The notes: generated from the letters alone by a model not told the origin. A DNA stretch of 36,519 bases from Armatimonadota bacterium (GCA_037446215.1 JBBIJB010000017.1:1-36519), one strand, 5' to 3'; positions 27,108 to 36,465 are shown, counted from the first letter of the stretch. Numbers and translations: made by a program.

Positions 27108-27892
27108 CGCGCTTCCTCCCCGCCTGCCTCCGGTAGCCTCCCCGGTCCCGTGGCTTTCTCCCTCTCGGGATCGAGGAAGCCGCGGCCCTCCAACAGCCCG
27201 CGGACCGCCGCGGCCAGGAGGGCGTGCACCTCGTCGGCGGGCCGCGTCCCGTCCGCGATCACGAACCGCGATGGCTCTTCGCGCGCAAGTTGGAGGAATC
27301 CTTCGCGGACGCTCCGGTGGAACTCCAGCCCCTCCTGCTCCAGGCGGTCGCCCCTGCCGGGCGTCCCCTCCTTGCCCTTCGCCCTCCGCGCGCGGGCGAG
27401 CCCCACCTCGGGCGCGACGTCGATCAGCAGCGTGAGGTCGGGGGTGAGGCCCATCGTCGCCACCTCGTTGACCATGCGCACGGTCTCGACCGGAACCCCC
27501 CGCCCGTAGCCCTGGTAGGCGATCGAGGCGTCGGTGAACCGCTCCGAGAGCACGCACGTGCCCGCCTCGAGCGAGGGCAGCACCAGCTCGCGGACGAACT
27601 GCGCGCGGCTGGCCGCGAACAGCATCATCTCGGCCTCGGCCCGCATCCCGCGCAGCCGCTCGTCGAGCAGCACCGCCCGTATCGCCTCGCCGACGCGGGT
27701 GCCCCCGGGCTCGCGCGCAAGCACCAGGGGCACGGGCTCGCGAAACGCCTCGTAGAGCCTCCGGGCGTGCGTGCTCTTGCCCGACCCCTCGGGCCCCTCG
27801 ACCGTGATGAAAAGCCCACGCCCCGGGCGCGACGCGGCCGGGGCGGGCTCTGCGGCGGGGTCCGGCGCGGGAGGAGAATACGAGGGGATCAT
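27104..27892 (-). CDS. tmk: Thymidylate kinase
   Basis: Motifs FITVEGPEGSGKST, REPGGT, LFAASRAQ, ERF..ASIAYQGYGRG, PDLT and DRLEQE. ATG 27892 with a GGCGGTGG SD-like element. Confidence 0.95.
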   Translation of the reverse strand: MIPSYSPPAPDPAAEPAPAASRPGRGLFITVEGPEGSGKSTHARRLYEAFREPVPLVLAREPGGTRVGEAIRAVLLDERLRGMRAEAEMMLFAASRAQFVRELVLPSLEAGTCVLSERFTDASIAYQGYGRGVPVETVRMVNEVATMGLTPDLTLLIDVAPEVGLARARRAKGKEGTPGRGDRLEQEGLEFHRSVREGFLQLAREEPSRFVIADGTRPADEVHALLAAAVRGLLEGRGFLDPEREKATGPGRLPEAGGEEAR

Positions 27893-27903
27893 CGGGCCAC
27901 CGC

Positions 27904-29463
27904 CTATTTGGGGTAGATAACGAGGCGTCGGAACGGCTCGTCGCCCTTGCTCTCGGAGGCCAGGCCGTACTGCTGGACGAGCTGGTGCTGCAGCCTGCGG
28001 ATGTAGGCGTTCTGGGCACCGAGCTCCACCGGCTGCTCGGACTCCAGCACCTTCGCTATCGCCGTCTCCACCTCGGTGAGAGCGGCCTCGTGCTGCTCGC
28101 CGGGGACCTCGGGCAGGCCGAACGCCTCGCGCAGGAACTGGTGGATCTGGGTGACCGTGTTGCTGCGCAGGACGTGCACCGGCATGCCGCGGGAGGCGGC
28201 GTCGCGCAGCCGCTTCGGCTGGCGCTTCTCCTGCGACTTCAGGGTCAGCACGATGTCGGCGTCGCCCAGCGACTCCGTCAGGTAGGCCGGCACCCCGAGC
28301 TCCCTGATCGCCCTCTCCAGGCGGTTCTGGCTGACCGCGTAGGGGAAGATCCGCAGGATCCCGTGGCGCCGCCCCCGTCCCTCCTCGGGCGGCGCGGCCG
28401 CGAAAGGACCCTCCGCCGCCGATCGCGGCGCCCACCCGGGCGCCAGGTGGATCTCCGGCTCCGAGATCTCGACCCCGCCGTCCTCGGTGCGTACCCGCAG
28501 CTCGGGCCTGGGCGCGGTTCCCCGGAGGTAGCGGTCCACCACCGTGGCCACGTCGTGGTGGACGACCAGGCGGTCCCTGTCCTGGATCTCGATCAGTACG
28601 TCGAAGGTCGGAGGGGCCTTGCGCTCGAGCACCGTCTTCTGGGTGCCGCGCCGGCGCGCCTCCTCGTCTGAGAGCGTCACCGCCTGGATCCCGCCCAACA
28701 GGTCGGAGAGCGTCGGGTTCTGCAGCAGGTTGTCCAGGGTGTTGCCGTGGGCGGTGGCGATCAGCTGCACGCCGCGCTCGGCGATCGTGCGGGCGGCGAG
28801 GGCCTCGGCCTCGGTCCCGATCTCGTCGATGACGACGACCTCGGGCATGTGGTTCTCAACGGCCTCGATCATCACCGCGTGCTGCAGGGCCGGCTGCGGC
28901 ACCTGCATCCGCCTCGCCATGCCGATCCCCGGATGGGGGATGTCGCCGTCACCGGCGATCTCGTTCGAGGTGTCCACCACGATCACGCGCTTGCGCAGCT
29001 CGTCCGCGAGAACGCGCGCCGCCTCGCGCAGCAGGGTGGTCTTGCCCACCCCGGGCCGCCCCAGCAGCAGTATCGAGCGGCCGGACTCTATGACGCTCCT
29101 GACTATGTCCACGGTGCCGATCACAGCGCGCCCCACCCTGCAGGTGAGGCCGACCACGTCGCCCTGCCGGTTGCGGATGGCGCTGATCCGGTGCAGCGTG
29201 CGCTCGATGCCGGCGCGGTTGTCCTTGCCGAAGGTGCCCACGCGCTCGGCGATGTAGCGGAGCGTCTCGCGGTCGACGAACGCCTCATCCAGGTCGAGCG
29301 TCTCGCGCGGAAAGCGCGCCTCGGGCCGCCGCCCCAGGTCGAGGACGACCTCGAGCAGCATGTCGAGGTCGGGATGGCGCTCGAGCGCCGCGCGCAGTTG
29401 GACCGGGAGCACGTCCAGCAGCAGGTCAAGGTTGTCGGTGATGCGTATCTGGCGGCCGGCCAA
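27904..29463 (-). CDS. Ycf45/SpoIIIAA-like AAA+ ATPase with a C-terminal R3H domain
   Basis: DNRAGIERTLHRISAIRNR, Walker A GRPGVGKTT, DTSNEIAGDGD, EAVENHMPEVVVIDEIG and C-terminal YIRRLQHQL (R3H). TTG start with an AGGAG SD. Confidence 0.9.
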   Translation of the reverse strand: MAGRQIRITDNLDLLLDVLPVQLRAALERHPDLDMLLEVVLDLGRRPEARFPRETLDLDEAFVDRETLRYIAERVGTFGKDNRAGIERTLHRISAIRNRQGDVVGLTCRVGRAVIGTVDIVRSVIESGRSILLLGRPGVGKTTLLREAARVLADELRKRVIVVDTSNEIAGDGDIPHPGIGMARRMQVPQPALQHAVMIEAVENHMPEVVVIDEIGTEAEALAARTIAERGVQLIATAHGNTLDNLLQNPTLSDLLGGIQAVTLSDEEARRRGTQKTVLERKAPPTFDVLIEIQDRDRLVVHHDVATVVDRYLRGTAPRPELRVRTEDGGVEISEPEIHLAPGWAPRSAAEGPFAAAPPEEGRGRRHGILRIFPYAVSQNRLERAIRELGVPAYLTESLGDADIVLTLKSQEKRQPKRLRDAASRGMPVHVLRSNTVTQIHQFLREAFGLPEVPGEQHEAALTEVETAIAKVLESEQPVELGAQNAYIRRLQHQLVQQYGLASESKGDEPFRRLVIYPK

Positions 29464-29490
29464 GGCGCTCCTCCCCGTAGCTCCGATCCC

Positions 29491-30747
29491 TCAGAACAAC
29501 TTCGTCTGCGCCGGCCCGTCGGCCTGTGGGGATGCTTGCTGGATCTCCTCGACCTCCCGGAAGAGGCTGATCTCTCCGAAGAGGCCGTCGTAGCCGGGCG
29601 CGATGTGGACGCGGCCCTCCCTGACCCTCCGGAGCCCGTCGGCCGTGCGCGCCGAGGAGTGCTTCGCGACCTCCTCCGCCGGGGCGTCGAGCAGCACGCC
29701 GAACTCCCCTCCGAGCGCATCGCACAGCTTGAGGTACTCCTCGCGCACCCCGGCCGTGCCCGGCTGCGCGCCCCGCGCCTCGGCGACGATCTCCTCCAGG
29801 GGGATCAGGCTCCTGTAGGGCACCGCGCCCTCGGGCACGTACCCCTCCTCGCGGTCGGAGAGCGCCTCCACCCTGTGCAGCACGCCGACCGTGGGCGGCC
29901 TGCCGCAGGCCGGGCACCTGCCGCCGGCGGCCCTGGTCTCGGCGGGCGTCATCCTGCGGCCGCAGGCGCGGTGGCCGTCGTAGTGGTACTTCCCCTCCTC
30001 GGGGAAGAACTCGATTGTGTAGAGGAAGCGCGAGGTGTCCTTCTCGCGCAGGACCCTCGCGATCTCGAAGTAGTCGAGGTCGCAGGTGAAGACGTTGGCC
30101 TCCCTACCGAGCTTGGACGGCGAGTGCGCGTCGGAGTTGCTGATCAGCGCGACGCGGTCGAGCTCCGAGAGCCTCCAGTTCATGGCGGGGTCGCTGGAGA
30201 GCCCGGTCTCTATGGCGGCGATGTGCGCCGCCTGGTCGCCGAAGCACTCGGCGATCGAGTCGAATCCGGACATGCTGCCGTAGAGCGAGAACCAGGGCGT
30301 CCAGGCGTGGGCCGGCACCACCATGCAGTCGGGCGAGATCTCCATCACGTACTCGACCAGCCGGTCGGACGGCAGGGTGAGCGTGGGGCGGCCGTCGGCG
30401 AGCAGGTTGCCGAACCGCCCGATCACCGCGTTGATCCTGTCCACGGCCTCGAACGACGGGGCGAACAGGATGTTGTGGATCTTGCGCAGCTTCCCCCCCG
30501 CCGAGTAGATGCTGGAGACCTCGCCGCTCAGCATGAAGTGGGAGCCCTCGAAGACGAAGAGGCCGCGGTCGTTGGGGCGCAGCTTGGCCTTCAGCTCCCG
30601 CAGCCAGACCGGGTGCGTGAAGTCCCCTGTCCCGAGCAGCGTGATCCCCTTGATCCGCGCCCAGCGGGACATGTTCTCGACGTCCATCTCCTTGCTCGTC
30701 GCGCGGCTGTACCTGGAGTGGACGTGGAGGTCGGCGATCAGGCGCAT
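29491..30747 (-). CDS. Endonuclease Q-family PHP-domain protein
   Basis: DLHVHSRYSRATS, GTGDFTHP, PAHAWTPW, ETGLSSD, NSDAHS, LGRE, GKYH..GHRAC...CPAC, GVLHRV and PGYDG. Confidence 0.88.
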   Translation of the reverse strand: MRLIADLHVHSRYSRATSKEMDVENMSRWARIKGITLLGTGDFTHPVWLRELKAKLRPNDRGLFVFEGSHFMLSGEVSSIYSAGGKLRKIHNILFAPSFEAVDRINAVIGRFGNLLADGRPTLTLPSDRLVEYVMEISPDCMVVPAHAWTPWFSLYGSMSGFDSIAECFGDQAAHIAAIETGLSSDPAMNWRLSELDRVALISNSDAHSPSKLGREANVFTCDLDYFEIARVLREKDTSRFLYTIEFFPEEGKYHYDGHRACGRRMTPAETRAAGGRCPACGRPPTVGVLHRVEALSDREEGYVPEGAVPYRSLIPLEEIVAEARGAQPGTAGVREEYLKLCDALGGEFGVLLDAPAEEVAKHSSARTADGLRRVREGRVHIAPGYDGLFGEISLFREVEEIQQASPQADGPAQTKLF

Positions 30748-30752
30748 CCCGG

Positions 30753-32036
30753 CTAGACCCCGCTCCCGGTGGGAGTCGCCTCGCGCGCCAGCCCGAGCAG
30801 CAGCGCACAGCCGGCCGCGACCGCCGCGCCCGCGAGGCGGGGGCGGCGAAGGCCCGCCCTGGCGAAGGAGGAGAGCAGCGGAAGCATCACGCGCGACTGG
30901 TACTGCGTGTCGCCGTGATCCTCCACGGCCGCGCGGATGCCGCCGTCCTCGGCCAGGGCCCGGACCACGGCGCTGATGTGCGCGTCGGAGAGCCTGTTGA
31001 GGGCCTGCCTCGCGACCGTGGTGAAGCGGATCTCGCGGCCGAACGCGGCCTTCCAGCCGCGCTCGTACCCTTCGAACGCTCCCGCGCCGCCGCCGACGCG
31101 GCCCGCGGCCGCGGCGGCGGACAGCTCGCCCGCGATCATCGCGAAGTAGATGCCGCCGCCGCTGGTCGCCTTCACATGTGCCGCCGCGTCTCCTGCCACC
31201 AACATACCTTCAGTATACGTCGGGCGGCGCGGGCCGAGTATCGGAATCCGCCCCGCGAGCCGGGCCGCGATCCGCGCGCGTCGAAGGCGCGGGGCAACGG
31301 CGGGGTGCGAGGCGATCAGCCGCTCCAGGTAGTGGGCCGGCGGGCGGAAGGTCAGGCGGGGATCCACCGCGACCCCTACCCGGGCGCGCCCCCCTCCGGC
31401 GGGCATCACCCACCCGAAGAAGCCGGGCGCGACCTCCCTGCCGAAGACTAGGTCCGGGGAGTCGTCGTCCCCCGGCCCCTCCACCCCCTCCATCTCGTAC
31501 TGCATCCCCCGCACGCACAGGCGGCGGGGGGCTATGCCCAGCTGCCGCAGAAGGACGGGCGAGACCCCCTCCGCGTCGATGACCACGGAGGCGACGACCT
31601 CCACGCGCCGACCGCCTAGCTCGACTCCCACGCGAAGCGGGCCGGCCGCGCCGGCGGCCCTGCCCCTCGCGCGCTCCACGCTCATCGCGCGCGCGCCGGT
31701 CAGGAGCTCGGCGCCGGCCTGCGCGGCCCTCTCGGCCAGGAACCTGTCGAAGGCGCCGCGGTCCACCACGTAGGAGTCCGCCTCGCGGCGCCGCACCTCG
31801 GCCACCGTCCCGTCGGGCGCGTGCAGCCGCGCGGCGCGCAGCGCGCACTGCGCGAGCCGGAGGGGGAGATCGAACCGCCCGAACGCGTGCACCGGCACCT
31901 TGCCCGCGCAGTGCGCCGGAGAGCCCACCAGCGGGTGCTCCTCGACCACGATCGTCCGGAGCCCGAGCCGGGCGCAGGTCAGGGCCGCGACGGCCCCGGC
32001 AGGGCCTGCTCCCACGACAAGCACGTCACAGTTCAC
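30753..32036 (-). CDS. Geranylgeranyl reductase-family FAD-dependent oxidoreductase (about 427 aa)
   Basis: From GTG 32036: DVLVVGAGPAG, HCAG, DRGAFDRFLA, IDAEG, PGFFGWVMP, AGDAA and SGGGI. Confidence 0.85.
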   Translation of the reverse strand: MNCDVLVVGAGPAGAVAALTCARLGLRTIVVEEHPLVGSPAHCAGKVPVHAFGRFDLPLRLAQCALRAARLHAPDGTVAEVRRREADSYVVDRGAFDRFLAERAAQAGAELLTGARAMSVERARGRAAGAAGPLRVGVELGGRRVEVVASVVIDAEGVSPVLLRQLGIAPRRLCVRGMQYEMEGVEGPGDDDSPDLVFGREVAPGFFGWVMPAGGGRARVGVAVDPRLTFRPPAHYLERLIASHPAVAPRLRRARIAARLAGRIPILGPRRPTYTEGMLVAGDAAAHVKATSGGGIYFAMIAGELSAAAAAGRVGGGAGAFEGYERGWKAAFGREIRFTTVARQALNRLSDAHISAVVRALAEDGGIRAAVEDHGDTQYQSRVMLPLLSSFARAGLRRPRLAGAAVAAGCALLLGLAREATPTGSGV

Positions 32037-32188
32037 CGGCGGCTCTTCCCCCTGGAAGCCGTTCGCATCGCGCCCGCCGCGCCTCCGCGGCGGCCTCCCC
32101 GCCGCTTCGCGCAGCCTCCGGGGCAATCCTGCCCGGGGGGTCGCGGGCGGCAGGTCACTGCGCCTCCCCGGCGAATCCCATCCGCGCC

Positions 32189-32737
32189 ATGCAGTCACAC
32201 TCGAAACCGCCGGCGTTCAGAAGATGGGATGCCCGGCCGCGCACCACGCGGCCCGCGGCCGCCGCGGCCTGCGCCCTGGTCATGCTGCTGCTGGGGCCGG
32301 CGGCGCCGCATCTCTCACCCGCCCCGGCCGGCCAGGCGCCCGGGGACGGCCGCGGCACCCTGCTCATCCACCAGGACGGCCGGAGCGTCTCCCTGAGCGT
32401 AGAGATCGTCGCCACGCCGGAGTCGCGCGGCAGGGGCCTGATGTTCAGGACCTCGATGGCCGAGAACGCCGGGATGCTCTTCGTCTTCGAGGCCGACGGG
32501 CGCTGGGCATTCTGGATGAAGAACACCTACATCCCGCTCTCGATAGGGTTCATAGACAGCAGGTGGCGCCTGCTCGAGGTGCTGGACATGCAGGTCGCCC
32601 CGGACCCCGCAAACGGCCCGTTCACCGTCTACGAGCCCAAGTCGACCTACCGCTACGCCCTCGAGGTGAACCAGGGGTACTTCAGGCGCCACGGTATCAC
32701 CCCCGGGGCCCGGATGGAGCTGATCCCGGCGAAGTAG
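32189..32737 (+). CDS. DUF192-domain exported protein
   Basis: Motifs VEIVATPESRGRGLMFR, GMLFVF, FWMKNTYIPLSIGFID and YALEVNQG, with an N-terminal hydrophobic segment. Exact start uncertain. Confidence 0.88.
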   Translation: MQSHSKPPAFRRWDARPRTTRPAAAAACALVMLLLGPAAPHLSPAPAGQAPGDGRGTLLIHQDGRSVSLSVEIVATPESRGRGLMFRTSMAENAGMLFVFEADGRWAFWMKNTYIPLSIGFIDSRWRLLEVLDMQVAPDPANGPFTVYEPKSTYRYALEVNQGYFRRHGITPGARMELIPAK

Positions 32738-32768
32738 GGCAGATCGGTGCCGAGGCGCCCCGCCCCCC

Positions 32769-33449
32769 CTACGCCTGGATCGGCTCGGGAGCGGCCGGCG
32801 GCGAGCCCTCGAGCAGCCGCCTGTAGACGTACGCCGACGCCAGCAGCGAGGTGGGCAGCGTCACGAACAGGCCCACCACCAGCGCGAGCACGCCCAGGAT
32901 GTTGATCCCGAGGAGCAGGAGCCCGAAGAGGAACAGCTCCCACCGCACGCCCTTGGTCAGCGCCGAGCTGGCGCGAAGCGCCTCGACCGGGCGCATCCCC
33001 TTGTCTATCACGAGGAAGCAGTAGAGGCCGAACTGGATCGCCCAGATGATCCCGGGGACGACAAGCAGGACCAGGCCCGCTGCGACTATGAGCGCGTAGA
33101 CGATCGAGGCGAACAGGAAAGGGAAGAAGCGGGGGACGGCCCCGAACAGCTCCTCGAAGCCGGGCTTGCGGCCCTCTGCGAAGATCACCGAGATCCTGAC
33201 CACGCCCATCCCGACGATCTGCTGCGCCACCCAGTAGGCGATCATGATCATGAAGGTTATCGAGGCGAGCCCCGCGGGCATCCGGGTGCGGTCGCCGAGC
33301 AGGCCGTTCGGTCCTGATATGAACTCGGGCGCGGCGTTCACCGCGAGCCAGATCAGGAGCACCGCGACGAAGAACCCGAGGTTGGCCTTCGCCGTCTCCC
33401 AGCCGAACGCTATCGCCTCCCTCTTCGAGAACCTGGGCGCGGTCACCAT
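32769..33449 (-). CDS. Integral membrane protein (DUF975/GDPD membrane-domain-like), 226 aa
   Basis: ATG 33449 with a GGAGG SD. Pattern LLVVPGIIW...EALRASSALTKG.RW...YVYRRL and about 5 transmembrane segments. Confidence 0.75.
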   Translation of the reverse strand: MVTAPRFSKREAIAFGWETAKANLGFFVAVLLIWLAVNAAPEFISGPNGLLGDRTRMPAGLASITFMIMIAYWVAQQIVGMGVVRISVIFAEGRKPGFEELFGAVPRFFPFLFASIVYALIVAAGLVLLVVPGIIWAIQFGLYCFLVIDKGMRPVEALRASSALTKGVRWELFLFGLLLLGINILGVLALVVGLFVTLPTSLLASAYVYRRLLEGSPPAAPEPIQA

Positions 33450-33471
33450 GCTTCCTCCCCCTTCCCCCGTC

Positions 33472-34281
33472 TCAGCCACGCCTGCGCTCCGCACCCACGG
33501 CGCCGGCCACGCCGAGCAGCGCCAGCGCCACCAACACGATCGCTCCCCCGGCCGCCACGTCCAGGTAGTACGCCGCGACCAGCCCGAGCACCGCCGACGA
33601 GACGGCGAACGCCACCGCCGCTCCGAGCGTGCCGCGGAACGACGGCGCCACCTGCATCGCGGACAGCGTCGGGATCACCAGCAGCGCGCTGACGAGCAGC
33701 ACGCCGACGATGCGCATCGCCAGGACCACCACCAGCGCGGTCAGCACCGTGAACATCAGGTTGATCGCGGCCACCGGCAGCCCGCTCGTCCGGGCCGTCT
33801 CCTCGTCGAACGTTATGGCGAACAGCTCCTTGTAGAAGAGGAGCACCGCGCACGCGGCCGCGACGCCGAGCCCGCCTATGACCCAGAGGTCCAGAGGCGT
33901 CACCGTCGTGATCGCGCCGAAGAGGTAGCCGAACAGGTCGACCGTGAACCCGCGCGAGAGGCCGATCAGCACTATCGCAACCGCGAGCCCTCCCGACAGG
34001 AAGACCGCCAGCGCCGCCTCGCCGAAGAGCCGGCCCCGCGCCCGCAGCACCTCGATCCCGACCCCGCCGGCGGTGGCGACCACGAGCGCGGAGAGGATCG
34101 GCGGAAGCCCCGCGAACAGCCCGAAGGCGATCCCCGCCAGCGCCACGTGGGAGAGGGTGTCCGCGATGAGCGACAGCCGGCGCAGCACGAGGAAGACGCC
34201 GATCATCGGGCAGACCACCGCCACGACGATCCCGGCGACCAGCGCCCTCTGCATGAAGCCGTGCTGCAGTATCTCGGGCAT
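33472..34281 (-). CDS. znuB: Zn/Mn ABC transporter permease
   Basis: Motifs FMQRAL, LRRLSLIADTLSHVALAG, YLFG, FDEE.A and VGVLLVSALLVIP. Confidence 0.9.
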   Translation of the reverse strand: MPEILQHGFMQRALVAGIVVAVVCPMIGVFLVLRRLSLIADTLSHVALAGIAFGLFAGLPPILSALVVATAGGVGIEVLRARGRLFGEAALAVFLSGGLAVAIVLIGLSRGFTVDLFGYLFGAITTVTPLDLWVIGGLGVAAACAVLLFYKELFAITFDEETARTSGLPVAAINLMFTVLTALVVVLAMRIVGVLLVSALLVIPTLSAMQVAPSFRGTLGAAVAFAVSSAVLGLVAAYYLDVAAGGAIVLVALALLGVAGAVGAERRRG

Positions 34282-34288
34282 CCCCGCC

Positions 34289-35044
34289 TCAGTGCACGTG
34301 AGACACGATCCGCACGCCCGTGTGGTAGAGCACGCGCAGGGCGTCGCTCTCCACGAACTCCTTGGGATTCCCGTGGTAGACCATGGTGCGGTTGAGGCAG
34401 GCGAGGGTGGTCACCTCGGAGGCGATCACGCCGATGTCGTGCGAGACCATCACCAGCGTCACGCCGAGGTCGGCGTGCAGGTGCCGCAGCAGGTCGTAGA
34501 AGCGCTCCTGCGCCTCGGTGTCGACCCCCTCGAGCGGCTCGTCCAGCACGAGGAGCTCGGGCTCGCTCGCGAGCGCGCGGGCGATCAGGGCCCGCTGCTG
34601 CTGCCCGCCGGAGAGGTGGCCGATCGGGCGCGACCCGGCGTCGCCGAGCCCGACGATCTCCAGCGCGCGCCCCGCGGCGCGGCGGTCCTCGGCCCCGAAG
34701 CGCCTCAGCAGCCCGGCCCTCCCGGCCCGCCCGCTGACGACGACCTCGTCCACCGTCGCCGGGAAGCGCGGGTCGAACGCGGTGGCGCGCTGCGGCACGT
34801 AGCCGATCCGCCTCCACTCGGTGAACTGAGCGATCTCCGTCTCGAAGAGGCGCACCTTTCCGCACGAGGGGCGCAGCAGGCCCGCGATGATCCTCACGAA
34901 GGTGGACTTGCCCGAGCCGTTGGGCCCTATGATCCCGAGGAACTCGCCGGCGTTGACCGTGAGCGTTATGTCCTCTATGACCCGCTCGCGGGAGTAGGCG
35001 TAGCAGACGCCCTGCACCTCGATGACCGGGCCGCTCATCTGCAC
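34289..35044 (-). CDS. znuC: Zn/Mn ABC transporter ATP-binding protein
   Basis: Motifs GPNGSGKST, IGYVPQ, LSGGQQQR, LDEP and SHD, with C-terminal HVH. Start is 35044 or 35038. Confidence 0.9.
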   Translation of the reverse strand: MQMSGPVIEVQGVCYAYSRERVIEDITLTVNAGEFLGIIGPNGSGKSTFVRIIAGLLRPSCGKVRLFETEIAQFTEWRRIGYVPQRATAFDPRFPATVDEVVVSGRAGRAGLLRRFGAEDRRAAGRALEIVGLGDAGSRPIGHLSGGQQQRALIARALASEPELLVLDEPLEGVDTEAQERFYDLLRHLHADLGVTLVMVSHDIGVIASEVTTLACLNRTMVYHGNPKEFVESDALRVLYHTGVRIVSHVH

Positions 35045-35955
35045 CCCAGCCCCTCGCGGAGCGCCTCCAGGTTCCTCTCCATGACCGAGAAGTACCCCTC
35101 GCCCGTGGCTATCCTCTCCTCGCTCAGGCCCTCCAGCGGGTCGAGCTCGACGAGCCGGGCGCCGACCTCGCGGGCCAGCGCCCCGGCGGGTCCGGGCGAG
35201 GCGAGCCGCTCGACGAAGACCACGCGCACGCCCCTCTGGGAGAGCATCGCTCCGAGCCGGGCCATCTCGCCGGGAGCCGGATCGGCCTCCGGGGCCAGGC
35301 CCGAGATCCCGATCTGCTCCAGCGAGTACCTGCGCGCCAGGTACGCGAACGCCGTGTGGGTCGTCACCATCAGCCGCCGCTCGCAGGCGGCGAGTCCGGC
35401 CTCGAACCGCGCGTGCAGCTCGGCGAACCGCGCCGCCGCCTCCTCCGACCGGGCGCGGTAGTGACCGGCGCCCGCGGGATCAATCGCGGCCAGCGCGATC
35501 CCGATCGCCTCCACCATCTGCGAGGCGAGGAGCGGATCGACCCAGGCGTGCGGGTCGTGCTGGGGCGTACCGCGACCCTGCGGCGGCGCCGCCAGCACCA
35601 GCGGAAGCCCCGCGGTCGCCCTCAGCACGCCGACGCTCGGCGGCAGGGTCTCGAGCATGCGGCCCACCCAGGGCTCGAGCCCGGCGCCCGCGTAGACGAA
35701 GAGGCGTGCGCGGCCGATCGCGGCGACGTCCCTGGGGCTCGGCTCGAAGTCGTGGGCGTCGGCCCCGGACGGCACCAGCGTCCTCACCTGGATGCGATCG
35801 CCCCCTGCGATGCGCGCGAACTCCGCGAGCGGGTAGATCGTCGCGACGACCAGGGGCCGGGGGTCCCCGGTCGCCTCCTGGCGGGACCTCACAGCGGCGA
35901 GGATCAGCAGCGGGATCGCCACCACGGCGACGACCAGGGCGACCCGGCGGCTCAA
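35035..35955 (-). CDS. znuA: Zn ABC transporter substrate-binding protein (AdcA/ZnuA)
   Basis: Motifs DAHDFEP, GAGLEPW, HDPHAW, THTAFAY and LDPLE (His/His/His/Glu metal site). Confidence 0.88.
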   Translation of the reverse strand: MSRRVALVVAVVAIPLLILAAVRSRQEATGDPRPLVVATIYPLAEFARIAGGDRIQVRTLVPSGADAHDFEPSPRDVAAIGRARLFVYAGAGLEPWVGRMLETLPPSVGVLRATAGLPLVLAAPPQGRGTPQHDPHAWVDPLLASQMVEAIGIALAAIDPAGAGHYRARSEEAAARFAELHARFEAGLAACERRLMVTTHTAFAYLARRYSLEQIGISGLAPEADPAPGEMARLGAMLSQRGVRVVFVERLASPGPAGALAREVGARLVELDPLEGLSEERIATGEGYFSVMERNLEALREGLGCR

Positions 35956-36386
35956 CGCCGTCCCCTCCGCCGCGGCGCCGCGCGGCGCCGCGGACCGGCC
36001 GCACCCTGGCAGTCGAGGCAGTAGCCGAAGTAGTCGAGCCGGTGGCCGGTGATGCGGAAGCCGGAGGCAGGCCGCCGCGGCCCGCGGGGAGCGGTGCAGC
36101 GTGCGAGCGGCTCGGGCCGGCCGCAGTTGAGGCAGACCAGGTGGTCGTGGTGGTTGGCGGCGAGCCCGTACCTGACGCGGCCGTCGGAGAAGCGCGCCTC
36201 CTCCACCGCGCCCGCGCGGACCATCGCCTCCAGCGCGCGGTAGACGGTGGCCAGCCCAACCGGCCGGCCGCCCCTGGATACGCTCCTGTGGATCTCCGCT
36301 GCCGTCGCGTGACAGGGCGAGGCCCCGACCGCCCGCGCGATTGCCTTCCGCTGCCAGGTCTCTCGCGTGCGCGCGGGCTTGCGCAT
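35952..36386 (-). CDS. zur: Fur-family regulator, probably Zur
   Basis: T.QR, GLATVYRAL, HHDHLVCLNCG and GYCLDC. First gene of the zinc ABC operon. Confidence 0.8.
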   Translation of the reverse strand: MRKPARTRETWQRKAIARAVGASPCHATAAEIHRSVSRGGRPVGLATVYRALEAMVRAGAVEEARFSDGRVRYGLAANHHDHLVCLNCGRPEPLARCTAPRGPRRPASGFRITGHRLDYFGYCLDCQGAAGPRRRAAPRRRGRR

Positions 36387-36399
36387 GGCCCCCCCTTGT

Positions 36400-36414
36400 T
36401 GAGAACGATTATCA
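36400..36414. promoter_or_regulatory. Zur/Fur box (7-1-7 imperfect palindrome)
   Basis: TGAGAAC-G-ATTATCA, reverse complement TGATAAT-C-GTTCTCA, 14 nt upstream of the zur ATG. Confidence 0.75.
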
Positions 36415-36435
36415 GTTAGGCGGACTCTGAAGTAG

Positions 36436-36465
36436 ATGGTACCCAGACGCGAGACGGGGTGTCAA
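36436..36465 (-). promoter_or_regulatory. Sigma70-type promoter of the zur-znuACB operon
   Basis: Minus strand TTGACA (36465-36460), an 18-nt spacer, then TACCAT (36441-36436). Confidence 0.65.

Noticed and set aside
26778..28435. 413-aa and 443-aa ORFs suggesting extended DarA and Tmk
   Set aside because: The N-terminal parts are off-frame overlaps with upstream genes. The recognisable domains start at 27107 and about 27892.
127..36419. Many long antisense and alternate-frame ORFs (e.g. 127-1542 +, 6962-8353 +, 28747-30756 +, 33944-35461 +)
   Set aside because: These are expected in very GC-rich DNA where stop codons are rare. They lie over well-supported genes and show no family motifs.
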